The position numbers were made by a program, and so were the translations under genes. A DNA stretch of 53,344 bases, filler included, from Squatina squatina (lineage: Eukaryota), in the NCBI GenBank assembly GCA_031763465.1. It is 3 parts of 3 records of this genome, joined end to end, with 100 filler letters (N's around TTAATTAATTAA, not from the genome) between each part and the next. Parts side by side here need not be neighbours in the genome. Positions count along the whole stretch, not along the records: positions 21,996 to 39,197 come from JARFOE010000115.1; 2 more parts are not named here. The stretch is one strand, 5' to 3'. This document shows, piece after piece, positions 24,901-38,079 of the stretch; position 1 is the first letter of the stretch; each line of letters opens with the position of its first letter. The notes beneath the pieces are model-generated. The model had not been told where the DNA came from and searched no databases. It worked only from the letters and a program-made list of their open reading frames with translations.

Positions 24901-27196
24901 AGAAGGCATTAGTCTTTTGTCCTCGCTAGAGAACTGCTAAAGCCTGGCACCAATTCCTTGGGCATCTGAACCCAGTCTAATGGAATTTAATTACTTCAAA
25001 GGTATTAATCATCTGTAGAGTTGAGCAGTGAATACTTCAATACCACTTTTAATTTATCAGCACATTTGTCTGCATTGTATTATGAACAGTGTTGCAGCTA
25101 ATGTGAAACACTTGCTTCTTTGCAATACAAGCAATAGTAATCAAATTTAAAGTGAAATATTTTTCAGGGTTCAATGTGCTCTCAGTAATTAGCTGATCAC
25201 CTGTGCAGTTAATGTTGGAGATACAAAGCATATCTTGCAACCAAAGGGAACTGGTCATCTGAGAGCTGTCAATGATTATTTTGATCATGTTTTTATGGAA
25301 GAGTTATGGAAGAGTTAGCACAGTTTAAAAAGATTTGGGCACTGGTGGATTATTCATTAACACCTTGACTTTAGAGAAATTATTTTCTCATTTACATGAT
25401 ACTGTTGCCCGATAACACACACTAGAACGTGCTTTGTAATAAAATTCTGAAAAGTGCTGCACAGCAAAGATTTATTTGCCAGACTTCATTGGGGCATAGT
25501 ACTTCAGGAACACCTTTGAGGAACAAACTCCTGAGAAAACTCTCATTGTACGAGAACTTGCTAAACATGGCAGGATGTGAAAACAATACTGACATTTTGG
25601 GCCAAATTCCTTATTGTAATCTATATAAAAAGGTGAATACTCCTGAGATTCTGATTTCAAGAAAATTAATTTGACATTTAGTGATGTCACATAAATAGCC
25701 TAAATGATATACATGCCATACATAGAAATCTAAACAATAAGCCTATTGGTAACCAGAATGTGCCTATAATCCTTATTCAGTCATAAATATCTGCATTCTA
25801 TCTAAATAGACCACAGTAAGAATTGGGCCTCAAATTTAGAATTTGTTCAGTATTCCTAAGCTCGGAGCTACTGACAGGAATAAGGACTGGAGCCAGCACT
25901 AAAATTTATTGCAGGGAATAATTTATTTTTTATATGCATAAATGTAGTTTAAGGTTTTATTTGAACTAAAGTTAAATTTAGCTCCTGAATTAAATCAGTG
26001 GGAGCTATTATTGCTGAGCTATATTCAAAAAGCTTTCTGATTTTGATTTTATACTTGGAGATGAGTTTATAATTTATTATGATCAAATATTAGATATTGG
26101 GCCAGATTATGCTGTCAAAATAACAGTGAGGCTAAGGGTGCTCTCCGTTATNNNNNNNNNNNNNNNNNNNNNNNNNNNNNNNNNNNNNNNNNNNNNNNNN
26201 NNNNNNNNNNNNNNNNNNNNNNNNNNNNNNNNNNNNNNNNNNNNNNNNNNNTCACATTGGGTTAGGTTTTATTATATATAAATGACCTTGACTTGGTAAC
26301 CGTCCTGAGTCATAGTTTGTGGAGAAATATAATACTACTGATATTGATCTTCTAATCCTCTGTCAACTAGATCTGGTCTGGTCCTTCATGTTGCTTGCCC
26401 TAAGAGACATGACTGCGAGAGGTGAAGTGACTGTAGGTTATTGAAAATCTGAAGTCAATTGCATCATGCAACTCAGTTTCTCTTAAGGGATGGTCTATAA
26501 CTTTATAGTCTGCTCACATAGTACTTCAGCTTCACTTCACATTGACAGATGCTTTTAATTTTATAATGGAGATTATTTAACGTGAATTAAGATTGGATTT
26601 TACCACAAATGATCTATTTTGTGCTTATACTCAAAGATTGTTGTGAAATACGTTCAACTATTTCTTCATTAAATAGTTTCAGCACAATGGAATAGCACAG
26701 ATGTCTTTGACGCGCACAGGGACACAATTTTATTGGAGTATCGAATTTTAATTCAAACATGCAGCAATAATTTCATCTTGCAATTTATATCAAATGTACT
26801 AATTTCACAGTTTTCTTAACTTCAGTTTTCTTTGTACACCTTCAAATAAAAATAAATCTAATAATGTAACGGATTTTCTGATTTCTAAAGTGAGGAATGA
26901 AAATGCTAGGGAATTTAGAATTACTTTTTTCTTCTTTGCATTCAGTAATAAATATTATCAGTTAAGGCTAACATAATTCAGAGATCACCATCCTTTGGTT
27001 TTTATAATGGCCTCTCTTCACAATCTTTTTGAAAGTCCATAAATTACAGTTTTTGCTGAGCATTCTCACAATATTGGAAAATGTCTTTTGCAGAGANNNN
27101 NNNNNNNNNNNNNNNNNNNNNNNNNNNNNNNNNNNNNNNNNNNNNNNNNNNNNNNNNNNNNNNNNNNNNNNNNNNNNNNNNNNNNNNNNNNNNNNN

Positions 27197-27335
27197 CCAG
27201 CCTGTTCATCCTTTCCTGATATGTATACTCTCGTATTTTCAAGCTTCTTGAGTGTTGTTGGAGCTGCACTCATCCAGGCAAGTGGAGAGTATTTCATCAC
27301 ACTCCTGACTTGTGGCTTGTAGATGGTGGAAAGGC
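27197..27335 (-). mobile_element. LINE fragments (short CR1 piece plus YKPQVRSVMKYSPLAWMSAAPTTLKKL thumb domain)
   Basis: RT thumb motif of a non-LTR retrotransposon, abutting a CR1-like YQERMNRL piece. Confidence 0.8.
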
Positions 27336-28961
27336 ATCTCTATCTCATCCTATTCTCTTTTCTTTCTTATTCTCTCTCCAATCAATCAAGCTCGCATATA
27401 TTTCTAAAACTCTATATATCCCGATTCAATTTTCTTTCTTCTCTCTTTGCATGCCTTAGTGATTGCTACCCATATGTTACTGTTTGCTGTGCTGTCTCTC
27501 CTATCTTGGTGGGGACAACCTCATTGAAAATCTCTTCCAGACACTTTTCCTGCTTGTGTATAGTGTGCAGTGTAGCTATTTGGTTATTTAGTCCAGGAAT
27601 TTATTTCTTGAGGGAGTCAATTACTTGGCACTTCATAAAAGCGTACTCCCCCCTGGATTCTTTGCAGATCCAAGATGACCCACATCCTGTATGTCACACG
27701 CGCAGTAAGCTTAACATCCACACTGACATCTCGATTCAAGTGTGAGTTGAAGAATGGTTTTAAATTCTTTTTCAGAGCGTACCTTGATAGGAAAATAATT
27801 ACTTCCTACTGTCAAAAACTCTCTCCACGTCTCCAAATATAATAACAATTTTAACTTGTAATAGAGTTAATTATGTACAGTATAACCTTCAGGGCTTGTC
27901 CTGAGGGGAGAAAGCTGAACTTTACACAAAAAGAAAATCCAGTCTCTACTTCAGCTGTATACAATGGCACTGAATTACAGTTGAAATTTAAGTCTAAACA
28001 ATTCACCTCCTCCCCTATGAAATGGGTTTATTCATGAATAAAGTTGTTTACAGCAGCAAGCAGTAAAAGTGGTCCAAAAAACAGTAGTCTGGAACTGATT
28101 TGCAAAACTTTAAAACAGATGAGATCCATTTAACATCTTTTTTGCAGACCTTGAGATAAAAATACTTTTCTGATAAAAGTAACAGACCTTTTCTTCAGCG
28201 AATAAGCCAAATACAGTCTTTGCAGGAACAGAGCTGCTTTTTGTCCCTGCGTCTCGTGGCTAGACAGAACTGAACTCCTCNNNNNNNNNNNNNNNNNNNN
28301 NNNNNNNNNNNNNNNNNNNNNNNNNNNNNNNNNNNNNNNNNNNNNNNNNNNNNNNNNNNNNNNNNNNNNNNNNNNNNNNNACTTTCCAACTCCATGAGTG
28401 TCACAAGTGGGTTCCCTGTGGGAATTTCCCATCACAGCTTTTCAGATGCAAAAGTGCAACTGAGGGATGAATGCAAGTTAAACTGAGGGTGCTTTTTGCT
28501 CACCTGCCAGAACCTGTACACACTCATCTCCTGCCTATGGAGCACCAGTTCTTTCCCATTTAGAACTGACTTTGGATAGTACACTGAAATCAGCTGGAAG
28601 GCGGATGAGTGGAGTTGACTCCTTGTAATGTACTCTAGCCATTGTGTATTTGTTTGCTGCAGCTGATTATTGTATCGCTGTACAGGTACTAGTTGATATT
28701 ACATCAATGTTTGGACTGTCAAGAGGACTCACTTTTTTTAAGAATTCGCCATCACACAGTTAATACATTTTGTATTGCAACAAGTGGAATTCAAAATTTG
28801 GGTCATTTGTTCCTTGATGTATCTAGGGCAGCAAACAATGGATATGGGAAAAGAGTGCCTACTCGGCAAGATTTTTGCAGATTCTGTACTGCAGTTGTTA
28901 ATGGGAATTGTTTAATACATAATTCTGTCAGATAATTTCCTGTCAGAAACTGGCTTGTAAG

Positions 28962-29270
28962 GATTGCTGGGGTAGCAGAGTGGGTTAGCATAATGTTTTT
29001 TCACCTCTGGGACATTGATTCAGGTCGAGTCCACAGTCATTGGTTGAAAGTTTCTCCACCTTTGCTGAAGCTGAAGTAACAGGATTTTTGGGCAGTCTTT
29101 AATTCAGTTACTTGCANNNNNNNNNNNNNNNNNNNNNNNNNNNNNNNNNNNNNNNNNNNNNNNNNNNNNNNNNNNNNNNNNNNNNNNNNNNNNNNNNNNN
29201 NNNNNNNNNNNNNNNNATGCTGATTTCAGTAGACTTGATGAAGTAGTGAATGAGCTTGGACTGTGTGTTA
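28962..29270 (+). mobile_element. Ancient LF-SINE-like tRNA SINE, interrupted by a gap
   Basis: A-box-like ggtagcagagtgggttagc, then tttcacctctgggac...ttcagg...gaaagt and ggcagtct..ttcagtt, resembling the recalled LF-SINE consensus. Confidence 0.45.
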
Positions 29271-29748
29271 GCTGTGAAATATGGAATAGAATCCCATTCA
29301 GTTCAAGATAAAAGACTTTTTTCTAGTAACTTTGGAGATTCTAAGTTATATTGGGAATCAGGTACTGTAACACAACATGAAGTAATAGGTGTATTTTATT
29401 GGCTGGTTTGGACTTAAATGTTAAGTAATTTTAATTGAGATTATCAAAATTTGATTGACATACTTGTCGTGTTTTCAAATGCAGTGAATTCTGCTTACAA
29501 ATAGTTTAAAATAATACTCCAGGCTGCCTGCCCATNNNNNNNNNNCTGATATAATTCTCTTGACTATTACTGTTGTAGCTTTCTCTTACTGCACACTGAT
29601 GATGTCCTGAGCCGTTACCAACATTGGGTACTTCTTAGCCAAATGATGAGGCCTGCACCCTGGTGTATTTCTTTCAAAGTCTGCCATTTATAACTTGTAA
29701 ATTTCAAAATTTGTATCATTTTATTTTTATGTTTTTAATCTATTGAAG

Positions 29749-29809
29749 ACTTCAGTGCAGCTGGCAGTTAAAACAAGTCTTGCGTGGATACCAACACATT
29801 GTGAAACAG
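29749..29809 (+). CDS. Unassigned candidate coding exon (61 bp; LQCSWQLKQVLRGYQHIVKQ)
   Basis: Long T-rich tract, weak gaag acceptor, strong CAG|gtaatg donor, protein-like open frame. Gene not recognised. Confidence 0.35.
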
Positions 29810-31912
29810 GTAATGTGCAAAATAATGGCTTCAGTAGTGTAATAAAAATTTAGAGGTTGTTATAAATTGTCTTTGAACAGTAAAAAATCTATTTGAATAT
29901 GGTTTACCTTGCTGAATGAGAAGGGGAAATAGACTTTTAAAAATAAAATCAACACTTTGTTAATATTATGAAGACCGACAGCAACAGCAATTTTAATAAA
30001 CATTAATAATCATCAGATTATGGCAGGTTCAGTTAGGGTATTTCTAGGGTTACATTTAATTGTGCCTGTCATGCTTTCTGTTCTGTTGCAAATGAAGGTT
30101 CAGATGTAGAGAATGTTTTATATAGTGAATCAAAATAGACTAGCAACTTAAACACGCAATGTTGATGATTCGATCTGTTACTTGGGCTGAAAAATGAAAC
30201 CACGTGTTCAGTGTTCTAGTCAGAAGTGGCAGGTAGGCATCTTCCAACATTTCTTAACATTATTTATCAGCATAATAAATGAATTCAGCCCTATATATAC
30301 TTGCAGCTTAGATTCCACTAGAGTTATCCATGAGACTCTTCAGTTCACATGGGGTCCCTATTTATGTTCAAGTTAGTTCACAGCAGAAGTCGGGAGTTCA
30401 TAGCCCTGAGACAGCAGTATTATTTCTGCACAAAGATGTCGATCCCGTCAAAAAGAAAAGTTCTGTGCAGGCGAGCAACTGTGTTTAACTAAGCCTGTCA
30501 ACTGGCTTGTCCAAGTGCTGTAATGACTTTCTGTTTATGAAGGCATCGGACACCCGGCGGGNNNNNNNNNNNNNNNNNNNNNNNNNNNNNNNNNNNNNNN
30601 NNNNNNNNNNNNNNNNNNNNNNNNNNNNNNNNNNNNNNNNNNNNNNNNNNNNNNNNNNNNNGGTGGTCTCCGATTTAAATTACCTCATTAATGAGCTTCC
30701 TGTTTAGAATTGTACACAATTTGTGATAGAAGAATTTAGAGAAGCTGCACAAATGATGGGTTTCATTGAAAATGGTAATAATTGGCAGGACGAAGGACTT
30801 AATGAGAAGGAGAAGTTTTAAAAACTAATAATTTTTATGGGCTGAAAAAACATCGCGCCCGGCCTAACACAGTATAAAACTGCAAAAATTGATCAAAGGC
30901 CTGACAGGAAGTTTTATGTGTACATAAGTAAAGGCTGACAGGAACCTGCTGTGTGTGCCAAAGGTTCCCATGATGGAAAACTGAAACATGGTGCTCACTG
31001 ACCACAGCGTGAGCCTTGACACAGGTCGTAAATAACTTTGTGATATATGACCACATTAAGCAGCAGACTGGTGTATTAACAGCAGTAAATCTGTGACAGG
31101 AGAAATGCTTGGCACTCAAGACCTTGTCTTTTTGATATTAGTTTCAGATTAATAGGAGTAAAGCAAACACATCAAATCACGAGTAGACTTTGATTTCATA
31201 AACCTTTCATATATTTNNNNNNNNNNNNNNNNNNNNNNNNNNNNNNNNNNNNNNNNNNNNNNNNNNNNNNNNAGGATTCTATGGGTCGAGAGCATATGAT
31301 CACAATTAAATTAAAATCAAAGGTGAGGAACTGGTAATGGATTCAAAGATATAGTGTTGGGATTTCTTTTGAACAGTAATTTTGTATATTAAAAAAAATC
31401 AATATCAGATACAGGGAGATGGATTTATTTACTATGGCAACTTGGATCAGATATTATTCAGTCGTGCATTTTCATTCTACTTAAGAATTTGAGGTTTTAA
31501 ACCCATGAAATGAAATGTTCTGGTTCGCAACTGCATTTTTTTTGGGTAGTTGATGCTTTAGCCAAGCACTGCAACTGCTCTGTATAAATTGTCAGTCTTG
31601 ATCATTTGATGCTAACTTTTAGCAGAAACACCATTAAGATCTCAAACAATTGCGTGTAGTGCGAGCAATTATTACTTGGAATTAACTTCTAGAAGAATTA
31701 GAAGAAATAGTTAAGGGACAATAATCAACATATTTATAGGGATTTTTAGTATAGGTACTTTTTTTAAAAAAGAAACTCCCTGAATAATTTATAAATGTCT
31801 AAAGTGCAGTCGNNNNNNNNNNNNNNNNNNNNNNNNNNNNNNNNNNNNNNNNNNNNNNNNNNNNNNNNNNNNNNNNNNNNNNNNNNNNNNNNNNNNNNNN
31901 NNNNNNNNNNNN

Positions 31913-32002
31913 TCTGATCTGGGACAAAGGTTCGGCACAACATCGTGGGCCGAAGGGCCTGTTATGTGCTGTATTTTCTATGTTCTATCTATGTTCTATG
32001 TT
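31913..32002 (+). mobile_element. CR1/HER1-type 3' tail
   Basis: ggttcggcacaacatcgtgggccgaagggcctg...(tatgttc)n. Confidence 0.85.
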
Positions 32003-32012
32003 ATTCCCCTGA

Positions 32013-32162
32013 GAGGGCAGATGGCGCCTCAGTTTAACATCTTATCTGAAAGATGGTACCTCTGTTTGGAGTGTCAGTCTAGATTTTGCACTTAAGTCTC
32101 TGGAGTGGGGATCGAACCCACAACCTTCTGGCTCTGAGGCGAGAGTGAGCCACTGCTGACAC
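32013..32162 (-). mobile_element. Deu-domain SINE (SacSINE1-like) 5' part
   Basis: Minus strand agaaggttgtgggttcgatcccc (B box)...aaaatctagactgacactcc...tctttcagataagatgttaaactgaggc. Confidence 0.8.
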
Positions 32163-33625
32163 TGAAGAGAAACTAGTTTTCTCTTTAGTTCCCAGGAGTT
32201 AGAACCGGAGATCAGGGTGCAGACTTGTAAATGCGAGCTGGACAGTGTGTGACTTCATATTATTTTACTTCTATAATAAAAAGTTACAGAAGATACATCA
32301 CTATGCTAAAATATCCAAATAAATATTCAAAAAACATTCATGTTTGAGATGGGAACCATTGCAATAACTGGAATGTGTGGTGTTAGGGGCATATGTCATG
32401 AATACCAGTGTGGTGTAGTACATTTCTAATCAAAGAATGTCTACTATTCCATATGTGGTAAAACTAAAAATGACTCTTTAGAGGCAGAGGGAATAAGGGA
32501 CTTTCTTTTAAATGAGTAGAAGTCTGAAATGGCAGAATATAGGGCAAGTATATCCATGCACAGAGAATGGAGGCAGCGTAACTAAAGTTTAGCTAATCAA
32601 GGCCAGTACATGAAAAGAGACAGGGTACCTTAAAGGGAAAATGTTAAACATTGAAATCCTCTAAGTTCCAATAATTGTAAGAATGCAAAAATGACTACTC
32701 ACAATGCATATAAAAGATGTAATAATCTTTGTTAAGTCATTTACTGTTAGTTCAATGCAAAATACAATTTAATTTTAATCTGAAATAAATCTCGTGAACC
32801 AGTACACTGTCTTTATATCCCCTTTAGCCATTTAAATGTTTTCAAAATAAGTAACCTCTGTCCAAGTCTGTTACTGTGGGGCCAATTAATTGCTGCAAAA
32901 AACTGGTCATAAAATACATGTATTTTGTAACCATTTGCTGCTTGTGATTTTTTTTTATTAAAGATTTGGATCCAATTCACTTGTTGCCAAATGTTAGGCC
33001 ATAGTATTTGAATATAATTTTAATTAAGGCGTACATGAAATTTTTTTCCCACTACTAGAGTTATAGCTTGACATTTTTACATGGCATCCATATTGAAATG
33101 CATAATTTTCCTTATGGTTCCTGTCTTCCTGCTGGGATGATAATGTTTTGATGTATTTTTCTGCTGCCGTGATGAGAGGGTTGCTGCTGCTGCTCTGACA
33201 TATTCATTCAAATGAATAATTATAACTTGTGCAATGTCAAGCAGATGATGGCAGGTCTTTGCACATCAAGCCAAAGCCTGATCGCCAGTGCAGGTGTTTC
33301 ACAGCATGATCAGATAAAGCCAGTGGTTTGAAGCTGAGATGGCACATCGTGACTAGTGAGGAATGAGCATCAAGGGCAAAGTGGCCTATGCCCATATGTA
33401 ACTGCTATCTCGCTGGACAGCTTTATCTAGTGACAGGGTTGTTAACCTTTTGCTCTCAACTGCAACAAAAAAAAACATGATTTGAAGTCCGTGGCTTTCT
33501 TGAGGAAAGTCACTTGAAGGTAAGGGGTTAATTTCCTACAAGCTAATCTTTGACTGCAATCCTATTAACATTCCGAGGTCTTTTTAATTAAGAAATGAAT
33601 TGGTTTTCCTGGAGATCAGCAGAAT

Positions 33626-35975
33626 GATGCACCTTTCACTCTGCTCCAGATCGATACACCTGTCACTCTGCTCCAGAATGTTACACCTGTCACTCTTCTC
33701 CAGATACAGGCACCTGTCACTCTGCGCCAGATAGATGCACTGTCACATTGCTCCAGATAGATGCTCCTGTCACTCTGCTCCAGATAGATGCACCTGTAAC
33801 TCTGCTCCAGATAATTGCACCCGTAACTCTGCTGGAGATAGATGCACCCGTCACTCCGCTACAGATAGGTGTACCTTTCACTCTGATCCAGAAAGATGCA
33901 CCTGTTACGCTGCTCCAGATAGATGCACCTGTAACTCTGCTCCAGATAGTTGCACCCGTCACTCTGCTCCAGATAGATGCACCTGTCACTCTGCTACAGA
34001 TAGATGCACCCGTCACTCTGCTCCAGATAGTTGCACCCGTCACTCTGCTACAGATAGATGCACCCGTCACTCTGCTACAGATAGATGCACATGTCACTCT
34101 GATCCAGTAAGATGCACCCGTCACTCTGCTACAGATAGATGCACTGTCATATTGCTCCAGATAGATGCACCTGTCACTCTGATCCAGATAGGTGCACCTG
34201 TCACTCTGCTCCAGATCGATACACCTCTCACTCTGCTCCAGATAGATGCACATGTCACTCTGCTCCAGATAGATGCACATGTCACTCTGCTCCAGATAGA
34301 TGCACATGTCATCCTGCTCCAGATAGATGCAGCTGTCACTCTGCTCCAGATCGATGCACCCGTCACTCTGCCCCAGATCGATACACCTGTGGCTCTGCTC
34401 CAGAATGTTGCACGTGTCACTCTGCTCCAGATACAGGCACCCGTCACTCTCCGCCAGATAGATGCACCTGTCACTCTGCTCCAGATACAGGCACCTGTCA
34501 CATTGCTCCAGATAGAGGCACCTGTCACTCTGCTCCAGATAGGTGCACCTTTCACTCTGATCCAGACAGATGCACCAGTCACTCTGGTCCAGATAGTTGC
34601 ACCCGTCACTCTGCTACAGATAGATGCACCCGTCACTCCGCTCCAGATAGGTGTACCTTTCACTCTGATCCAGATAGGTGCACCTTTCACTCTGATCCAG
34701 ATAGATGCACCTGTCTCTCTGCTCCAGGTAGTTGCACCTGTCACTCAGCTCCAGATAGATGCACTGTCACTCTGCTCCAGATAGTTGCACCTGTCACTCA
34801 GTTCCAGATAGATGCACTGTCATATTGCTCCAGATAGGTGCACCTGTCACTCTGATCCAGATAGGTGCACCTGTCACTCTGATCCAGATCGATACACCTC
34901 TCACTCTGCTCCAGATAGATGCACCCGTCACTCTGCTCCAGATAGATGCACCCGTCACTCTGCTCCAGATACAGGCACCCGTCACATTGCTCCAGATAGA
35001 TGCACCTGTCACTCTGCTCCATATAGCTGCACATGTCACTCTGCTCCAGATAGATGCACCTGTCACTCTGCTCCAGATAGATGCAGCTGTCACTCTGCTC
35101 CAGATCGATGCACCCGTCACTCCGCTCCAGATAGGTGTACTTTTCACTCTGATCCAGATAGGTGCACCTTTCACTCTGATCCAGATAGATGCACCTGTCA
35201 CTCCGCTACAGATAGGTGTACCTTACACGCTGATCCAGACAGATGCACCTGTCACTCTGCTCCAGATAGTTGCACCCGTCACTCTGCTCCAGATAGGTGT
35301 ACCTTTCACTCTGATCCAGTAAGATGCACCCGTAACTCTGCTCCAGATAGTTGCACCCGTCACTCTGCTACAGATAGATGCACCCGTCACTCTGCTCCAG
35401 ATAGAAGCCCCTGTCACTCTGCTCCAGATAGATGCACCAGTCACTCTACTCCAGACAGGTGCACCTTTCACGCTGATCCAGACAGATGCACCTGTCACTC
35501 TGCTCCAGGCAGTTACACCTGTCACTCTGCTCCAGATACTTGCACCCATCACTCTGTTGCAGATAGATGCACCCGTCACTCTGCTACAGATAGATGCACC
35601 TGTCACTCCGCTACAGATAGGTGTACCTTACACTCTGATCCAGAAAGATGCACCTGTCACTCTGCTCCAGATAGATGCACCTTTCACTCTGCTCCAGATC
35701 GATACACCTGTCACTCTGCTCCAGAATGTTACACCCGTCACTCTGCTCCAGATACAGGCACCTGTCACTCTGCGCCAGATAGATGCACCTGTGACATTGC
35801 TCCAGATAGATGCACCTGTCACTCTGCTCCAGATAGATGCACCTGTCACTCTGCTGCAGATAGTTGCACCCGTAACTCTGCGAGAGATAGATGCACCCGT
35901 CACTCTGCTCCAGATAGTTGCACCCGTCACTCTGCTCCAGATAGGTGTACCTTTCACTCTGATCCAGTAAGATGC
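33626..35975. repeat. Minisatellite, 27-bp unit GATGCACCTGTCACTCTGCTCCAGATA, about 87 copies, runs into a gap
   Basis: Contiguous tandem units with occasional 26-bp variants; source of the DAPVTLLQI, RCTCHSAPD and IWSRVTGAS ORFs. Confidence 0.98.
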
Positions 35976-37019
35976 NNNNNNNNNNNNNNNNNNNNNNNNN
36001 NNNNNNNNNNNNNNNNNNNNNNNNNNNNNNNNNNNNNNNNNNNNNNNNNNNNNNNNNNNNNNNNNNNNNNNNNNNTTCCTACAGTTGGCTTTTTCGTAAT
36101 GCTCGGTCAGTGTGATTTAGAAAATGTAATAGTTGAATTGTGCCTTAATATAAGGGGCCCTGTCCTGCACCGCAAAGATAACCATGGAAATATTGAACAA
36201 TTTTTTTTAACCCATTGTAAGCGTTACAACCACTTTTACCCATATATGTGTCTTCAGACTTGAGTGTAAAAAGAAAATCTTTTAAAAAATCACTTAAACG
36301 TTCGAGGTGTAAATACTTTACTTGATGAAACTAAACTGCTACGGGTGATAAGCTGTCAAGAACCTGACTGCCTCAGGGCCTTGGAGTTGAGAATGAAAAT
36401 GATTATTTGGGAATTTATATCTGAAAATTTTCATGAGGTGAAGTCAAAATGGAATCTAGATTATGTAAATACCACAGAACACAATTAATTATCTGTCTGT
36501 TTGCAATGGAGGGAGGAATCTGGTTTACAAGGTATGTGAAAATAAGCTGCAGTTTAGTCAAGTGGTAGCATGCAGCACTTTAGATGAAGGGATTAATGAT
36601 CGTAACTGCTAAAATGATTGACAAGGTTACATTTAGATTTTATTTTTGGAAAAGTCCATTTTTTTTTTAAGTGAAAAGGAGAAAGAAAATCCTTACGTAT
36701 TNNNNNNNNNNNNNNNNNNNNNNNNNNNNNNNNNNNNNNNNNNNNNNNNNNNNNNNNNNNNNNNNNNNNNNNNNNNNNNNNNNNNNNNNNNNNNNNNNNN
36801 NCAATTGGAGGGAAATTTCTAGCCACACTGGTGACTACTACACAATACCAATAAATTCTACCTTGGAAAGGAAGCAAATACTTTCAAGTTTGACTATTTT
36901 TATGTCTTTTGCTGGCTAGTAGGGAAGTGGCATTGATAGCTGGTCAGTGGATGCTCTAGTTGCAATGGTAATATGTAATTTATGTCTATTTCTCCATTCT
37001 AAAGAAACCTTAACTGCAA

Positions 37020-37485
37020 ACTGGAGCCCAATTGGTGTGCTTTCACGCCCGGGTAGCACCGATTAGCGGGTTTCCCCTATCGTTGTCAAGGGCCGTTAAA
37101 GGTGTGTGTCCTGTGCCAGAGGCCGCCATCTTTAAACATCAGGCGACTTTATTGTTGGCTAATGTGTGGCAGCCAATCGTCCCATAAAACTGCTCCCCCA
37201 CCCCACCCTGGCTCTCTGGCGTATCGGTACATTTTTGAATTGGTTCCGGGTTCCCTGGTGGTGTTGTGGCCCTGGATCGCAAGCGCAATGGCACGGCTTG
37301 TGCAATCGCAGTTGCGCCGGCATTGGCCAGGTTAGTGCCATGGTTTAGCTTTGCCACCTTATGCTAGCCCAGAATGGTGACCGAGTCACTATGGCCGTGT
37401 CCCAGTGCCTCACTGGTTGCGTGGCGCACTTCCGGCCGTGGAGTCGCGAATGCTGCAGCCCATTTGGGCGCAGTCAAATTTTCTG
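37020..37485. mobile_element. GC-rich non-autonomous DNA-transposon-like insertion
   Basis: Sharp CpG-rich block (gccgccatcttt, ccaatc, ...gcgcagtcaaattttc) inside AT-rich DNA. Confidence 0.5.
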
Positions 37486-38079
37486 TAAAATCAAGTGCCA
37501 TTGTACTATAAATCCATTAAAAAAATGGTGTACTTAAAATAAACTCCTAAGTCAGAAGTATGTAAAAACACTAAAAACATGTGCAGTTGAAGTATTTTAA
37601 GTTGAAAGTAGCAAGTTTGTACATTTTAATTAGTTTCTTAAAGCAAAACTCCAGGGAAGGCTTACATAAGTTATATTTATTGGTCTTCACTTAATATCTG
37701 ACACTTCCTTGGATAAAATTAAATTTCAAACTTACCTACATGTGTTTAGGACAATAATGCTCATTAGACACTTGCTAGGCTTATTTGCAGAGCACTTCAG
37801 TAACTGAAGATGACAAAATGGTGGATGCAGAGTTCAGAGCTCATTAAAAATGTTACTATAAGACTATATATCCCTCCTGTATGTATTTTGTCTTCCTTGG
37901 AGTATTCTTTTCTTACACTTGCCTTATAATTTGTCAGATGTGAGGTTTTTTTGCCTATTAAACTTCTAGCTAACCAGTGAATTGTGAACTGTTTTAAGCC
38001 CATTAAATTGTTGTTCTACTCAGCTGAAACCAAAGGCTTCTGACTAGAATTTCATACTAAAAGAGCGGAAGATAATTAC

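Noticed and set aside
25483-25632. 150-bp AG..GT segment as the next PLC exon
   Set aside because: Translation lacks the YPVILSLENHC motif; no PLC similarity.
29596-29660. C/D-box snoRNA-like motifs (TGATGA, CTGA, ATGATGA)
   Set aside because: No terminal D box or closing stem at a suitable distance.
33626-35975. CRISPR array or large Cys/His-rich repeat protein (483-aa ORF)
   Set aside because: Units are head-to-tail with no unique spacers, there are no cas genes and the context is eukaryotic. The ORFs follow from a 27-bp unit lacking stops and are broken by 26-bp variants.
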